From Takakia lepidozioides (Eukaryota; Plantae; Bryophyta), in the NCBI GenBank assembly GCA_030704615.1, contig CM060733.1, positions 38,192,001 through 38,256,000 of the forward strand: a stretch of 64,000 nucleotides of DNA, written 5' to 3'. Positions 1 to 13,476 of this stretch are shown piece by piece. Position numbers and translations under genes: made by a program. Positions within the stretch are counted from its first letter, which is position 1, and every line of letters starts with the position of its first letter. The notes beneath the pieces are model-generated. The model was not told the DNA's origin and did no database searches. It worked only from the letters and a program-made list of their open reading frames with translations.

Positions 1-299
1 TTACCAGGACCTGGAGGACTTTTCCTATACTCCGAGGTGTTGCCTGTGAGCCTGCAGTCGGATAAACAACATCGTCTCCAACAATTTCCTCATTTTTCTT
101 TTTCATTGAAGTGAGCATGCCTTGATTTGAAATGAGATTCAAACCTCCATAGTCTGTACCTCTTAGAGTGCCTGCCAAACGAATTATGGACCCGTCCTCA
201 AGAGCTTGAATACCTTCACAACGTGTTTGCAAATGTATTCCTGTGAGGCAACATGACAGTCACACTGGGCCCATTCACTTCCGGGTGCGTGCACAATCT

Positions 300-1131
300 A
301 GACCAAAGGTGGGTTATTTATGGAAGCCATGTACACAACATCCTGGTCATCTGCATGAAGCATAACATGGCCATCTGGTATGCTTCTTGCATGCAAAACA
401 ACACTACAAACAATACCCTCTTGGCATTTGTTGCGCACAAAATCAAATGCTTTGCATTGTACCTGATACCAATAATGTGTGACTACATCACCTACCACCT
501 GATAAATCAACCAATCAACCTGCCATCCTTCGAACCTTTCTTTGAAAGAGTTGAGAATGGACTTCTATAGTCTTCAGGGCCATAACAACAACGATACCTG
601 TTCACAAATTCCAGATATATATATCAGATGCAATATATGTTTGAAACACAAAGTTTGAGTTCCAAGGATAGTTTTGATAGTGCACTTGATAGCTCACCTC
701 ACAAGCGAAGTGCTATTGTTTGCCCGTGGGTGGGTGATAGATCCAAGAGCATTTCTCTTCATGACCTCTTTGGTGAAACTAGTAGGAAATTGATGATTGT
801 TCTACTCTCCTTCAATGAAATCAGACACACGATGTTATGGTATGATGGCGATACAAGTGTCTTTGTATTGTCCACGTCCTACAGTCACATGTGGAGTCCT
901 TTGTAGGTCCACCTTACTAAAGATACCATCTGGAGGGGCGTTCTGCATCTTAGCCCACATGGAAGCAATAAGATCACGTTGAAGTACATCAAATCCGCGA
1001 ACTCCATCAAATGCAACGCTCCCACCAACATCCCCAGCCTCTAGTTCGAGCTCATGCTTCACATCTTCATTCTTAGCTTTGTTTAAGAATGCAACAGTTT
1101 TGGTGTTGAGAACATCTTGACATTCCAACAT
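300..1131 (-). pseudogene. Degenerate MULE-like transposase N-terminal fragment (same family as the gene at 15.6-17.6 kb)
   Basis: ORF 835-1131 ends CIAIIP*HRVSDFIEGE, matching VAVIPWSRIDDFVRGEE at about 15.76 kb. A downstream exon reads YRCCYGPEDYR (about 565-600), matching FHCSYEPEDKR at about 16.08 kb. Multiple stops; the lower boundary is approximate. Confidence 0.55.
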
Positions 1132-1856
1132 GGCAGAGAAAGATGCAAATACGTCCAGCTATCACCACTACTGTATGAACAGAGTACTAAGAGAGCATTG
1201 TAGACAGATGTAATGTCGTGAAACTGAGAGGAGCTCCCATGAGCGCAGCCCACAAAACCCACAAACCCTATTTCCTCCGCTTTTCAAGGAATGCCGCAGC
1301 CGCCATTGGAAAATTCATGGATCATGGCATGTCCTATGGCCTAACTTACCAGATGATGACATGGATTATGGCTAAAGCTTTATTTCATGAGAACCCAATG
1401 ACTCACATGCCCAACACCTGTACAGTGCAGATCATGCATAACATTCTACCATGCAGAACGCCATTGTGTAGAACAACCTCTTCCTTGTGACCGCGGTTGT
1501 GGCGACATTGACTGTGGGGTCCATGGAGCCAAGGGATGGGTTGCCCACCCTGCGCGCGAAGACCGCTGACATATGGCAGCGAGCAGAGCTCGTAGGGGTA
1601 CATATAACGTCCTGCCAAACCTGGAGTTCCTACTATCTGTTCAGAGCCTGAGTATCAAGTTATGAACCATGTAACACAGCATGAATTACCATGAAGGCGC
1701 TTCCTCAGCAACAAACTATGTATGATATTACTATTTGCAGGAAGCTTCTAGTGCTGCTTATGTTGCTATAACTGCACAGAAGGTTGCCCGTGGCGTTTTC
1801 GAGTGTCTTTTTGAGTCTCGCATAACAAATCGCCCTGGTACGATCAGAGTTTCAGG

Positions 1857-4800
1857 TCTTCGAAGAAGCTGCTTGGAGAAAATGGCTACCTTTTTTGACC
1901 AGTGAGGAATCGCATAAGAAGCTAAGGCAACTGGGCGGCCAGCCTATCTCTCAAGAAGAGGTGAAGAGGTTCCTTGGAAAATTTGAGGAGATTGCTTTGA
2001 ACATCCTTGGCACATGGGAAGGTCGAACTGTTCGCGTTTTGGACGAGACCAATAATGTAAATACTGGATTTGAAACTTACAAGTTACAGATCATTTTTAA
2101 GAACAAAATTCTATGCCAGCAATGGGATTCCTGAAAATGTTGGAACAAAATTCTTAATCGCCAAGATATCAGTTGGAATTTGGCATTGTTGGTCTTGTGT
2201 TATGAGGCTGAGGCTTCCAACAGGGAGCCCGGTGGTTGGGGCACTCCAGCCATGTGATTGTAGTTGCTCATGCTTATGTTGGAATCTGGGCTCAAGGTCT
2301 ACCCAGCAGGGAGCTGGGCTGCCGCCTCACGATCAGTTAACAAGTTTCGAAGGATTGGGCATCAACTTTACAGTGGTGGTACTTTGAATGATTGTTCAAG
2401 CAGGCATTATATGGCATGCTTCCCTAGCCTTCCTTCTTTAGTGATCTGATAAGGGAAGACTTCAAAATATGTTTTACTCTCCAATAGACTTGAGACCGTC
2501 TGTCTTCTGGCCACCAACAACTTTTGTTGGGGAGAGTTTGCTGATCTGCAGACTATATTTGGACTTGTTGGAATGAGCGCAATACAATAGCTGTAGCTTA
2601 TGCAGTCACCAATTTATAATTGCTCAGGCTACCTTTTCTGGATCCTGCGCAGTTTTCATTCGCGGTTATTGGATGTATGATCATGAGCTACCATCGAGGT
2701 CCTGAGTTGGAAAACATGAAGTTGATCTTCGAGGAAATTGGGTCTGGCTTCAGTAGTTTTCCTTACAGGTTTCCCGGAAGCAAATTCTCTCGAGCAATGG
2801 AGGTAACTTGAGCTAGCTCCTAAGCCTTGGTTGTTGTCAGTTAACATGACCTCAGTGAGCTCCTTAGCCTTGTGCTGTTTCCACAAGCTTCCTGAGAGAA
2901 GATTGTGTCTCTTTTGCTTTGTAGAATAGTGATGGTTGCCTGCATATACATAATTTGGGCATTGTGGGTGGAGGGTTTTGCTTACAGAATCTTGACGGTC
3001 TGTTGTAGGGTGTTGTTTGATGTCTGTAGTGTGTCCGATTGAGTCAAAGTTTCTGTGGCTGTGGAGAAAGAGGCCCAACAAATGCCCTACTGTAGTACCT
3101 GGGTTCGTCTGTTCCAATATTTCCTCTAGTTGTCAGCAAAGACGGGCTGTGTCTACGAAGGAGTTTGTTGTGACGGGGTGGAGTATTGCAATGCTGTCAG
3201 TATAAGCACAAGGTAGTCGCCAACTTGTGGGGGGGAATGCACATCTGCAGCCCTTGAAGTGGAGGCCTCCCAATGTTGGCATTTCAGCCATGTGGTAAGC
3301 ATTGTGGCAGGCACCATGATTAAGGTAATGACAGCCTGAAGGAAGGAAAGCAAGAAGGAAAGGAAAAAGTCTTATAACGTCAACAGAGGGCCCCAAGAGA
3401 GCAATTTTATGGTGGAATTAGGACGAAGACCAGGTGAAGTGATGTCCAAAGTCAACATGAAGGTGAGAAAAGATGTAATCAATTGTGGCTGAAATTAAAT
3501 TACGTGCACTGAGTAGCAAAGTTTCTCTTGTGCAGGCTAGGGGACGGATGTCTGCTCTAATTTTGAAAACTCTAGCTCAGAGGAGAAGTGGGGGAGGTGA
3601 CAGAGGATGACTTCCTTCAGCAGATGGTCAAGCGAGAGGCAGTGGGAAGCCAAGACTCATTAATAGATGTGCAACTGGTTGACCTCCTAATTTTGATTCT
3701 CACTGCGGGCTATGAAACAACTGGGAACACTCTCATGTGGGTAATCAAGTACTTAGAGGAAAACCCATTTGTGCTGGACACTTTGAGGGTGAGTCTCCAG
3801 CAACAGTTGCAGCAATGTGTCATGTGCTACTAACCTAAACCTCTTCATGATCATGTCTGTGAGTTGCTTTACTGGGAGTGTGTCTTATTTCTTTGTTATT
3901 GGTTTGGGGTGGTGAAGAGATAGAATGTACTCATGTCGTTCCCTGCGAACGTTGGATTGCCATAGCCTTACATCCCCCGCGTGAAGAGATAGAGATAAAC
4001 TGAAGGGCCCATCCATAGGACACTATCTATACCCAAGCATTGTACTTCTATACCCAACCGTTCATGAAATTCATCCTGTAATTCGGATGGCAGGAAGAGC
4101 ATAGGATCATTAAGGAACAAAGGACAGATGGAGAGAAAGCATTGACATAGGAGGAAGTCAAACATATGCCTTACACTCAGAAGGTTGGCGAATGCAAGTC
4201 CCTAAGATTTGCATGTGTTCTTTTCCAAGTTTTGCATGGAATAATCTCTGGATTTGTTGCTGCCAGGCACTTGACATAGTAAGTCTAAGCTTGCACCCCA
4301 TAGCCCAGTCATTGGAAGTCAGTTTGAAAAAGTCACTGTTCTCAAAGAGAATCATAAGCACCTTATGAGCGGTACAGGGTAAGTCTTTTAAATCTCTCTA
4401 CTAATCTGAAGGGATTCCAGGTAATCTCCGAGTCAATGAGATTGTCAAGTCCGCTAAGGTGGATCCAGCGGACAGCTGTCAAGGATGCCGAGATCAATGG
4501 TACACATCGACATTGATTCTTTAAGTTTTTCCACTACAAAAGAGTAACGTTTCCAAAATTAACAGAGCTGCAGGTTCCTATGAACTGTCCTGCATTCCTT
4601 ATGGGAGTAGTGCCTGGCCAGATGAGGGATTCTGAGTCTCTAGAGGAAACAATGGGCCAAGAAATTTTCCTGGAGGCTCCGATAGCCTCCATGAAAAATC
4701 TCATATCTCCTAGCACGATGCATTTTGTTCCCTTATTATGGTGGGACTGTTTATTTAGGCCATACAGACATGGTTATAATTTATCAACATTGATACATAG

Positions 4801-5866
4801 GATAGGAACATTCCTGTGATTGCATGCATGCAGGTTATAAGATAATGAAGGGGTGGACAGTGATGTTGGACTTCTACGGTTTGCATCATGACCCAGCTCT
4901 TTTCAAGGATTCCTATACATTTGACCCCTCTCGGTTTGATGCGAGTATACAGACAAGTCTAGAATATATTGCACCCTAACTGATTCTTGCTTTATTGTGC
5001 ATATTGCCATCTATATATTTGTCCATGTAGTTTCCCTCTGTTATGTTTATATTATCAGTATGATGTCAAATTGATGTTCTTGCCCTCCACTCTCAACTCA
5101 ATGGAAGCTCATGTGGTGCTGGAAAGGAATACTTTATAGGAAAACAGTTTAGAGCAATAGCTGATGGCACTTTCTTTTTTCTGAGAGTACAGGGATGTAT
5201 GCAACCTTTTGCATTCATGGGATTTGGAGGGGGTCCCCATATGTGCCTTGGAATGAGCCTGGCAAGATTGGAGATGGCAATATTCCTTCATCATCTTGTC
5301 ACAATGTATAGGTATTGCATTTCAATGATGCAAGTTGTAATGTTGCAAGACACTTTAGAACACCAAAACGTACAATTGTTTTTCAGATCATAACTCTTGA
5401 ACACGCTATCTACAGGAGTGCAGAACGAGAAAACACATCCACTGGAGTCCCAAAGGGCCCAAATGGAAAGAGAGAACTAGCAAAAGTGTCAGAAAAAGCA
5501 CAAAATGTGTTCTGAGACATAAGGCAGGCATCTGCTGTTCCGAGGTGATAGCGGAAGGACATTTTTACTGGTGGTATAGGAGTCATGAGAAAAGAAAATG
5601 ATGGGTGTCCCTTCTTAATGGGTTTTCACATACTGGAAAAGTTCCACTCACAATCAGTTATGCCTAATTCTCAGTGCATCCATTTTTGGCCGTAGAGTTA
5701 AGAGTTTCTGGCCGCAATTAGTTGATAACCCTAACTTAAGGGGTTGGTGACTTGTAACTGCTGCAGGTGGGAAGCTGTTGAGAAAGACAATACAGTTTCA
5801 CCATCCATCTTTCGGAAGCTCAGAAACAAGTATCCCATACTAACACAGCCCATCATAAATTATTGA
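1857..5866 (+). pseudogene. Cytochrome P450, CYP85 clan (CYP722-like), with premature stop; 5' exons not found
   Basis: Exons ~1857-2056, 2653-2802, 3536-3789, 4094-4183, 4421-4499, 4834-4940, 5193-5311, 5767-5866. I-helix AGYETT, ExxR (ESMR), FDPSRF, heme motif FGGGPHMCLG. In-frame TAG at 4148-4150 (LT*EE, where LTWEE is expected). HKKLRQLGGQPIS...GRTVRVLDE..FAVIGCMIMS recalls CYP722. Confidence 0.85.
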
Positions 5867-6637
5867 CTTTGAAGTTGAAACACTGTTAAAAGCATGCAAC
5901 TGATGGTTTTAGTGTTCCTATCTCTCCCTCTCTTTCACACGTTGTGAAATAGGCTTAAACCACAAATAACTGTGATACTTTCCCATTCTGTCAGAGACGG
6001 ATCCATTTATTAAAGCAATGGAGGGCCTTCGATTCCAACATCATCAACAGTTTGGCTTAGAAATCATAGTAAAACCTGTTTTCAATTGTGGAGAATGGCA
6101 TCATCGACCCTTTCGCAAATATGTAATGTCTGATTGTGACAATCTGCAACCAAGTTATGTATGTTTAGGTCTTGAGTATACCTTTGTTTGAAGCCGCCTT
6201 AAGAGCCCCTTCTAATATTGTAGAAGGTCTCATGCAGTGGTGTTGTTTGTTAGGTCAGAGGCATAGAGGTATTTAGGAATGGAGGTCTAAGCGTTAGGAC
6301 CCTTTGGACCCATGGTTTGATCTCTTGGATCATCCTTGACTTTGGATGATTTAGAATGTGTTTCTCTCTGTAGTTTCTGTGGTGGTGGTGGCTGGTTGTT
6401 GGGGGCCACACTTTCTATCTTGTTTCCATAAGCTGAAACTCTCCTGCTTTCTGCTTAAGCTGGCTTAGCTCCCCCAGGACCCCACAATCTTTTCTCTTTT
6501 TTCTTTCTTTATCCCCCCTTCCCTTACTTGCCTCCCTCTTGGTATGGAAATTAGCTCTTTACATGTGCGACTCACTGTCCATGCTCCTTTGGTAAAAAGG
6601 CACATTTGTCCAATACTCCCACAAATATATCAGACTT

Positions 6638-6871
6638 CGAAAATGCTCACAGCATCTCCACCATGATCATGCATACCAAATTTACTTTCTCTCCGCCATA
6701 CTATTAATTTTGGAATTGGACTCGGGGTGGCTACTTCTGAGTTGCAACATATATCGAAAATGCTCACAGCATCTCCACCATGATCATGCATACCAATTTT
6801 ACTTTCTCTCCGCCATACTATTAATTTTGGAATTGGACTCGGGGTGGTTACTTCTCAGTTGCAACATATAT
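6638..6871. repeat. Tandem duplication, 2 x ~117 bp
   Basis: CGAAAATGCTCACAGCATCTCCACCATGATCATGC... occurs at ~6638 and ~6755, nearly identical. Confidence 0.9.
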
Positions 6872-7363
6872 CACCACCAACATTGCATTGCAGTTTAGAA
6901 GTCACACCTTCCGACTGTATATTCATGGAGGTAGTGTGTTTGTGACTTGGTGTGGAAAATTTTGGCTGCTACCATACCTCAACGAAATTATCATCGCTGA
7001 AATAGTTAGGGCCTCTGATGGAGTTTTGCGAGAACATGGAAGCCGCAATGATGGCAACTGCAAACACTATTTGCAGTATGATCTGCATTGGTCTCCCTCT
7101 CTCATACAAGGGTGAGTTATAAGGGCAAACAAAACTTGAGCATGGCTAAAACTGCAGCCACCCTTCATATCTTAGTCAGCCTGTGACTTCGGCAGCCACA
7201 GTACTAAAGCTTTTCAGTCTTGGCTATGTACATGATTCCAGAAGGGTACCCTCTCCTCTGTTGTCAAGGGGTGAACCAGGTCTAGTAAAGCAACATTTCT
7301 GTACAACTAGAAAACTGCAGCATTTCCAGCTTTATACCGGGAAATTTTTCTGTCTCGAACAGG

Positions 7364-10300
7364 CTACAAAAAGCCCTCGAGAATCAAGCCTGCAATCTTC
7401 CCCTGGTAAATTCTCAGAGCCTCCTGCATGGTCTTTGATTGCCTCAATTTTTGTGCCCTTGTTTTTCCAGTGGGATGTGTTGAAAAATACTCAAAAACTT
7501 CAGGTACTTTCTCCATTTTCCCTATCTTCTCATAAAATGTTGGTGCCACCCGTGGATCAAAGCCAGCAGCTGCCATCAAAACCAACCCAATGTGATCGGC
7601 TTCTATCTCCATCCTGCAAGGGCACAGAGGAGTGTAAGATATGGCCAAAGACTCTAGACATATTGGGGTCTTCATTCCTAGAAAAAGTACAGACATTCTT
7701 ACACATACTTCAGTCATTCATAAACATTCAGAATGAGTGAACAAAGGGCACAAAATGGATCAGAACAAAATGTATGGCAAGGGAAATTGGGACTTCCGTG
7801 GACCCTTCCACAGAAATGCCAGGGGAATCAGCCTCTCACACAAGTGTGCCTACACAAATGCTCATTCAGTTCACTTGAATGTGGGTGCAGAAATTGTCTC
7901 TGGCTTCAATTTGCTTTACGATCAGAATCCACATTCGTATTCCCTTAATAGCAGAATAATCTGAAATGGATCACCTCCTGGACAACAGAACCTGAAGGAG
8001 GAGGTCATGCTTTGTTCTTGGTGGGAGTATGCGAGTGGTTTAGATAGTGTTCAATTGTCAGCACTCAGATTATGCATGTGGTAAACAAGTTATGTCATAT
8101 GAGGAGAGCTAACCGTCTGGAGAATGGAAGCCTGAGGAGGAGCTCCGACGTGGATGCGACGAGATCGGGCACAAAGAAAAATGAGAGAATGATGAGTTGC
8201 AAGAAGCCTAGCCAAATTGCCTGGGTCAGCTTCTCCGCCACATGTCGTGCCACCACGTGGCCCACCTGACCAAGTTCACAGTCAAGGCCTTACATTTTGA
8301 CATATATTGATCACCACGTGGCCCACCTGACCATGTTCACAGTCAAGGCCTTACATTTTGACATATATTGATCACCACAGTGGCCAATGTCACGAATCTT
8401 TCAGGATCTCCTCAATCACCTCTAGACAATCGGCATGGTAGGCCATACTTGAGTACTGTCACTTTCTCTCATACCATGGCTGATTGTTGCTTAAGAGGGC
8501 CAGAATCACAAAGTAACTTCTAGGGTAACAATTCACCTTAAGATTAAAAAAAGGATATGGTATCCTACATGCAAGACGCCAAGATTCTCACATGGCACTT
8601 TTCAGTAGGTTCACAATCCTGGAATTGGCTAGAATTGCGAGGATGGGCATTTCAGTTGAGTTGACCATAGATGTTTCAGAAAAGTTTTAAGAAACATCAA
8701 GAGAAACATCAACCACAGATCAGATATTAAATGAGAAGACCCAAGGAGTTTTACCTCGTGAGCCAGAACAGTGGCAATTTCTGCATCAGTTGCAGTCAGC
8801 TTCAGAATCCCAGTGAACACAACAATCTTGCCTCCAGGAAGGCAGAAAGCATTGACGATAGGCTCGTCAACAACCAATACTTCCCACTTCAGGCTTCTCA
8901 AATGGTCAGTATAACCCTTCTCTCTGAGCTCTAGCCCCTTATCCCTGCTCTTTTGGACCCACATATCATCATCGTCCATCCTCTCATCCCCATACATCTG
9001 GCTGCTCGGAATTCCAGAGCCTTCCAAATACTCTCTCCTCACCTTGTCCCCCCACGGACTCATGTCCCTCCCAGGGTCACCAATGATTGGGCCATGAATG
9101 TGCTCAACCTCACCTTCAGACTCCACCCCTAACAGTGCTGCCTCTATCACGTCCCTAGCAACTCGATGCACACGAACAGAACTTGGATGAATTGGTGGCA
9201 GTATTTTGGCCGCAAACTGCTGCTTTACCTGCACAATCAATTGTAGTGTTATATAACCTACTCTTCAGCAACCAGGTATAGTGCGGCTTTCTCTGGTTAT
9301 CTGCACTCAAGAGTTGATTATCATCAGCTGTGCTGCAGTACGTAGAAGATGGGCAGAGGTTAGGTCGATCTTGTCGCACAGTGACCAATTTAAGGTTCAC
9401 CTGATAGATTGGTACAGAACTGGGGATTAGTGCCATAACATTCCAATGGGAAAGGTGACATAACACCTCTCATAATGGATAGTTTAAGAACCTTGCAGTA
9501 TGAATTTCAAGCCTGCACAGATGTCCACACGTAGAATAAGCAGAATGTGACGTTTATACATCATGCTTGGAAGACTTTTTGAGGTTAAAAACTCACTTTC
9601 TGAAATTCCTGTTCACCCAATGCTTTCTCCATTTCAGGCGAAATCAACACGAAATGTTTTCGGTGTGTGTAGGGAACAGTCTCGAGATGGGTAAAGTACA
9701 CGTAGGCACAGCCAGACGCGACAACCACCAGAACATATACAGTCCTTCTAGACAGTTTCCCTCCTCCTCCTAGAAGCCAGACCGCCGGTCCTCTCCTTTT
9801 AAAATGCTGGACACCTTGTCTGTCCACGTAATAGGTCCTCCATCCATGTCCAACGCTTCTTGATATCGAATAAAGTAGCCCTTGGCTCCTGAACCCGGGG
9901 GGTTTCTTTCCAAATCCAGAGCTCGAAGTCCGCAAATAAAATGGGGAAGATGAGAAATTGAGGATATGGGGTACTACCATATCTCTTGGAATCCGAAAAG
10001 AAGGTGTAAGCGATCTCCAAAGCTTCCTCTTCAGCTGCTCAGTTCCTGGATTCGCCCTACTCCATGTCGCCTGTAAAGGAACTGGTTCGATTGCGCCGAA
10101 TTTAAGTTTAATCTGAAAACCTTCTTCTCCCAAGAGTTGCTTCCAAGGCTGTGACCTGCTTACAGACCCAAGTCTGGCAGTTACAAATCGCATGGCCAAC
10201 GAGAAAGCCCTTGGTAGGGATTGTCCGTACTCCACGCTCTGTTCGGTGCCGCATTTCGACCTCCAAGAATCAATCAGCAGAATGCGCCAGAGATGCTCCG

Positions 10301-10406
10301 AGCTTGTCTCCACAGACGAATGCAGCTTGACCGATTTCCCAACGGAGCTGAAATCCCCAACTCGCTGCCGAATGAGTCCCAGCCTTTGCTTGGCTCTTAA
10401 TGCCAT
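7364..10406 (-). CDS. OMA1: Mitochondrial metalloendopeptidase OMA1 (peptidase M48), 4 coding exons
   Basis: Exons 10406-9597, 9228-8755, 8265-8114, 7613-7364 with GT-AG junctions. Motifs HLETVPYTHRKHFVLIS, VNAFCLPGGKIVVFTG, zinc site HE|VGH across intron 2, EIEADHIG, STHP. Basic N-terminal presequence-like region. Confidence 0.93.
8251..8378. repeat. 61-bp tandem duplication spanning the OMA1 exon 3 splice acceptor
   Basis: Units 8251-8311 and 8312-8372 (one mismatch), plus a partial CACCAC. Confidence 0.92.
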
Positions 10407-12872
10407 CTCTCCCTCCAACTCTCTCACCAGTCACCCCACAGCAAGACTCGTCCTCCAACACTAGCTCACCCTGCATTCCTAGTCCTCCGCCCATAAACTA
10501 CCCAACCGTAAACCCTAGACTAAAACTCGCACCAATCAAGAAGATAGCAAACCAGGAAGCCTGCTTACATTTTGACACCCATCTCCCTCCTCCTTCGCAC
10601 CGAGTGAAACGCCCCCATACGGACAACCATGACAAATGCTTCGGAGCAGGAACCAGAGCTCCTGACATGGAAAGTTTTCTGCCATGTAGGACAGCTGCGA
10701 GTATGTGGACTGGTTTGTATGCATCAAGTGTGAACGGCTACTTGGACAAAACATTTTCCTCCCCAGCTGGTTTCAATGCTGAATCTGATGTTGGGGCTGC
10801 CGCTCTCCAGGTTGCCTCTTTGTTTTGGCATGAAGATAGCATCGAAGCAGGACGACAGACCACAAGTGAAAGCATTTCCATATTAACAAGGAACTGAGTA
10901 GAGGAAGGAAACGAGATTGGCACACTCTGGATGTCACAGCCATGATGCACAGATGCAAGCTCTGCTTTATTACCCATTCCATTGGATTGACATAGACACA
11001 CCACTTTCAGAATTCACATTGATCAAATGTACTGTCATTCCTCTAACAAGGTCTCAATGTGGACAAGTAGGGTGACAGTCAAGGGCCTGAACCAGCACTA
11101 TCCACAATTTGATTGTTTCTTTTACCCCCCCACTTTGTGGTGCATCTGATTCTTTACTGTGTCATTAGGGCTGACAGCAGATTGCCCATTAGGAGACCAT
11201 CTTGAGTTCATCTCTTGGTTGGTTATAACATCCCCCTCCTGGTCTCCATACCCATCTGCCCCCCCCTCTCAAGTTCAGCAAGTGCCTCATTCCCAGACTC
11301 TCTACGAGGTGATGTGGCCTCCAAACACCACTCTTGTACTTCCATGCTTGGACCAGAAATAAGTAGCACATCACATTCCAGGGCCAAAATGTACTTGACA
11401 AGCAGACTGGATGTACCTTGCCAGACAATTATTTTCCTTCTAGAACTTGCACACATGACTTGAGGGAGTAAAGTGCAATAATGAGAGAAGGGATGCAAAA
11501 CAGACCATACTGAGAACATGTTCTCTTTGTGAGTTAGTCCTCTAAGAAAAAATTATAGCATTTTGTGCTCAAGAAACTGTCACCAGGGCAGATGTCTGGA
11601 TTGGATGCCGAAACTGCATTAGTGGGCATGAAGTGTACAGTCCAGTGAACTAGATTTCAGAACAACCACTACTTACTGAGACAACTAGTAGAGAGAGCAT
11701 ACCCAAACAAAGGGTCTATAAACAGGCCAACTGAAATTTCCATACAGAATGGTATCCCTAGGGTGCTCAACGTCTTGAGGCTTGTGTGTCAAAATCAGCA
11801 TGCTGTGATGCTATGTTGTTCCGCAATTACCACTCAAGTCCTCCTTCCATCATAACCACTCTAAATAACCCCATCACCTACACATTAAAAAAAGTGGAAG
11901 TTAGGAGAAATAACAACAGTCCAGAGAAATTTGGATCCAACATATGTAGGGTTGGTAGGTGTGAGTTTCAGAAATTTACCTTTCCCATTGCAAACACAAG
12001 TCCTACTCAACCCATGCACCCATCAACCCTTCCAGATTGTGTGACAATCACTGTAGCTGGTTGGTTGGTGACACAGCTATTTGTTTAGGGATGCTGCATA
12101 TACAGAGACCAGGATGAGAGATCTGCTGCAAGAAGTCCATATGCAGCTTGGTAGAACTCCTACTAACCATGCTCGCCATGCTATCAAAGAGGATGCAATA
12201 GAAACCACAGCCCAACCATTTCAGCATCCACCTTTAGATTAACCTAAAAAGGTTGATAGGACATGATAGCACAAACCGCCAAGTATATCAGATGATCACA
12301 GACCCTGAAGAGAAATTGCGAAGTCATAACCTCTCACATACGAACTCAAGTTCAGCACCGTTCATTATAATTCAAACTAACCAGCCTTCGGGCCAATGAC
12401 GCAATACAGTAGCACTGTCATAAAAGTCATCAGGTTTCCATTTCCACCCAAACGCTTCTCCGCAGATCGCGAAGTTAAAGAGCGTCAACTCCAACTAGCC
12501 GATACATCCAAGAGCGTCTGCATAAAGTACTCTGCGCAGACCAGAACCCTACCTTCGGTCTTACTAGTTCTACGTCCGCTGGAGGGGCCCAGGCGGCTCC
12601 CAATTTCATGCTAACTACGAGAGAATACTGTGCGAGAAAAACAAGGTTATCAGGGACACCATCTCATTAGAGTGAAAAACCGCAATCTAACTCACCCACG
12701 ACCTGATAGCGAGGATTTACAGAGAGAGTACCCCACTCACTAGATCTTGCGCGGCATAGGCTTGTGAGCATAGAGCCACACTCATTCGAGCAGTAATATA
12801 AAGGAGGAGAAGGAAAAGCCCAAAAGCAGAGAAGGAAACAAGAGAGAGAGAGAGAGAGATCATACCCAAACA

Positions 12873-13196
12873 TCAGGCGCTTCCAGATCTGTAATGATAG
12901 AGCTTGCCAATCACATGCAGCGCAGTGACAAATCCGATGAAACACAGACTCATGACCAACACAACAGTGGGTGTGATTTTCAACCCCGGTGCATCATCGG
13001 TGTAAAATCGCAGCATATTATTTCCACCACCTCCAAATCCCCCACTTCCACCTGACGAAGTCCTTCTCCTGCGAAGCCCTGAAGCGGCACCAGACCCTTT
13101 GGGCGGCCCTCCCGCAGAGCTAGCCCTCCCCGCCCCAGCTCCAGAGCTTGCTCTTGACACCGTGGATGCCGCCTGGCTCTGCGATCCCTTCGCCAT
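12873..13196 (-). CDS. SEC61B: Protein transport protein Sec61 subunit beta (intronless CDS, 107 aa)
   Basis: Gly/Ser/Arg-rich N-terminus followed by [39 protein letters not shown], the canonical plant Sec61-beta C-terminus. ATG at 13194-13196. Confidence 0.96.
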   Translation of the reverse strand: MAKGSQSQAASTVSRASSGAGAGRASSAGGPPKGSGAASGLRRRRTSSGGSGGFGGGGNNMLRFYTDDAPGLKITPTVVLVMSLCFIGFVTALHVIGKLYHYRSGSA

Positions 13197-13476
13197 CTCG
13201 TCCTTGCTCGCTAAACACGATCGATCGATTGCTGCAAAGCTCCAAGCTTTACCTTCGCTCTCGCACTGCACCTCCGATCTGCGATCCCTTTCTAGTGCAG
13301 GCCAGCCCCTGCGGATGTACAGAACCAGCAAGGATGATTCCCATAGTAGATGAATGCCAGTCATCGTCTCTCTCTCAGCAAAGAGAGAAAAGATAAAAGA
13401 TAAAATTTAACTTCAAAAAGAGATAAAGATAAAGTTTCTTTAACGTCCAGTGAATTTACCGAGCCTACTACTCAAA

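Noticed and set aside
2830-3500. ORFs within the P450 intron (e.g. 2656-3117 minus)
   Set aside because: No recognisable motif; probably decayed repeat sequence that I cannot classify.
10400-11520. Short ORFs between OMA1 and Sec61-beta
   Set aside because: No domain or coding signal recognised; likely intron, UTR or intergenic sequence.
13197-13364. N-terminal extension of Sec61-beta in the ORF track
   Set aside because: The extension has no similarity to the family; the ATG at 13196 gives the normal protein length.
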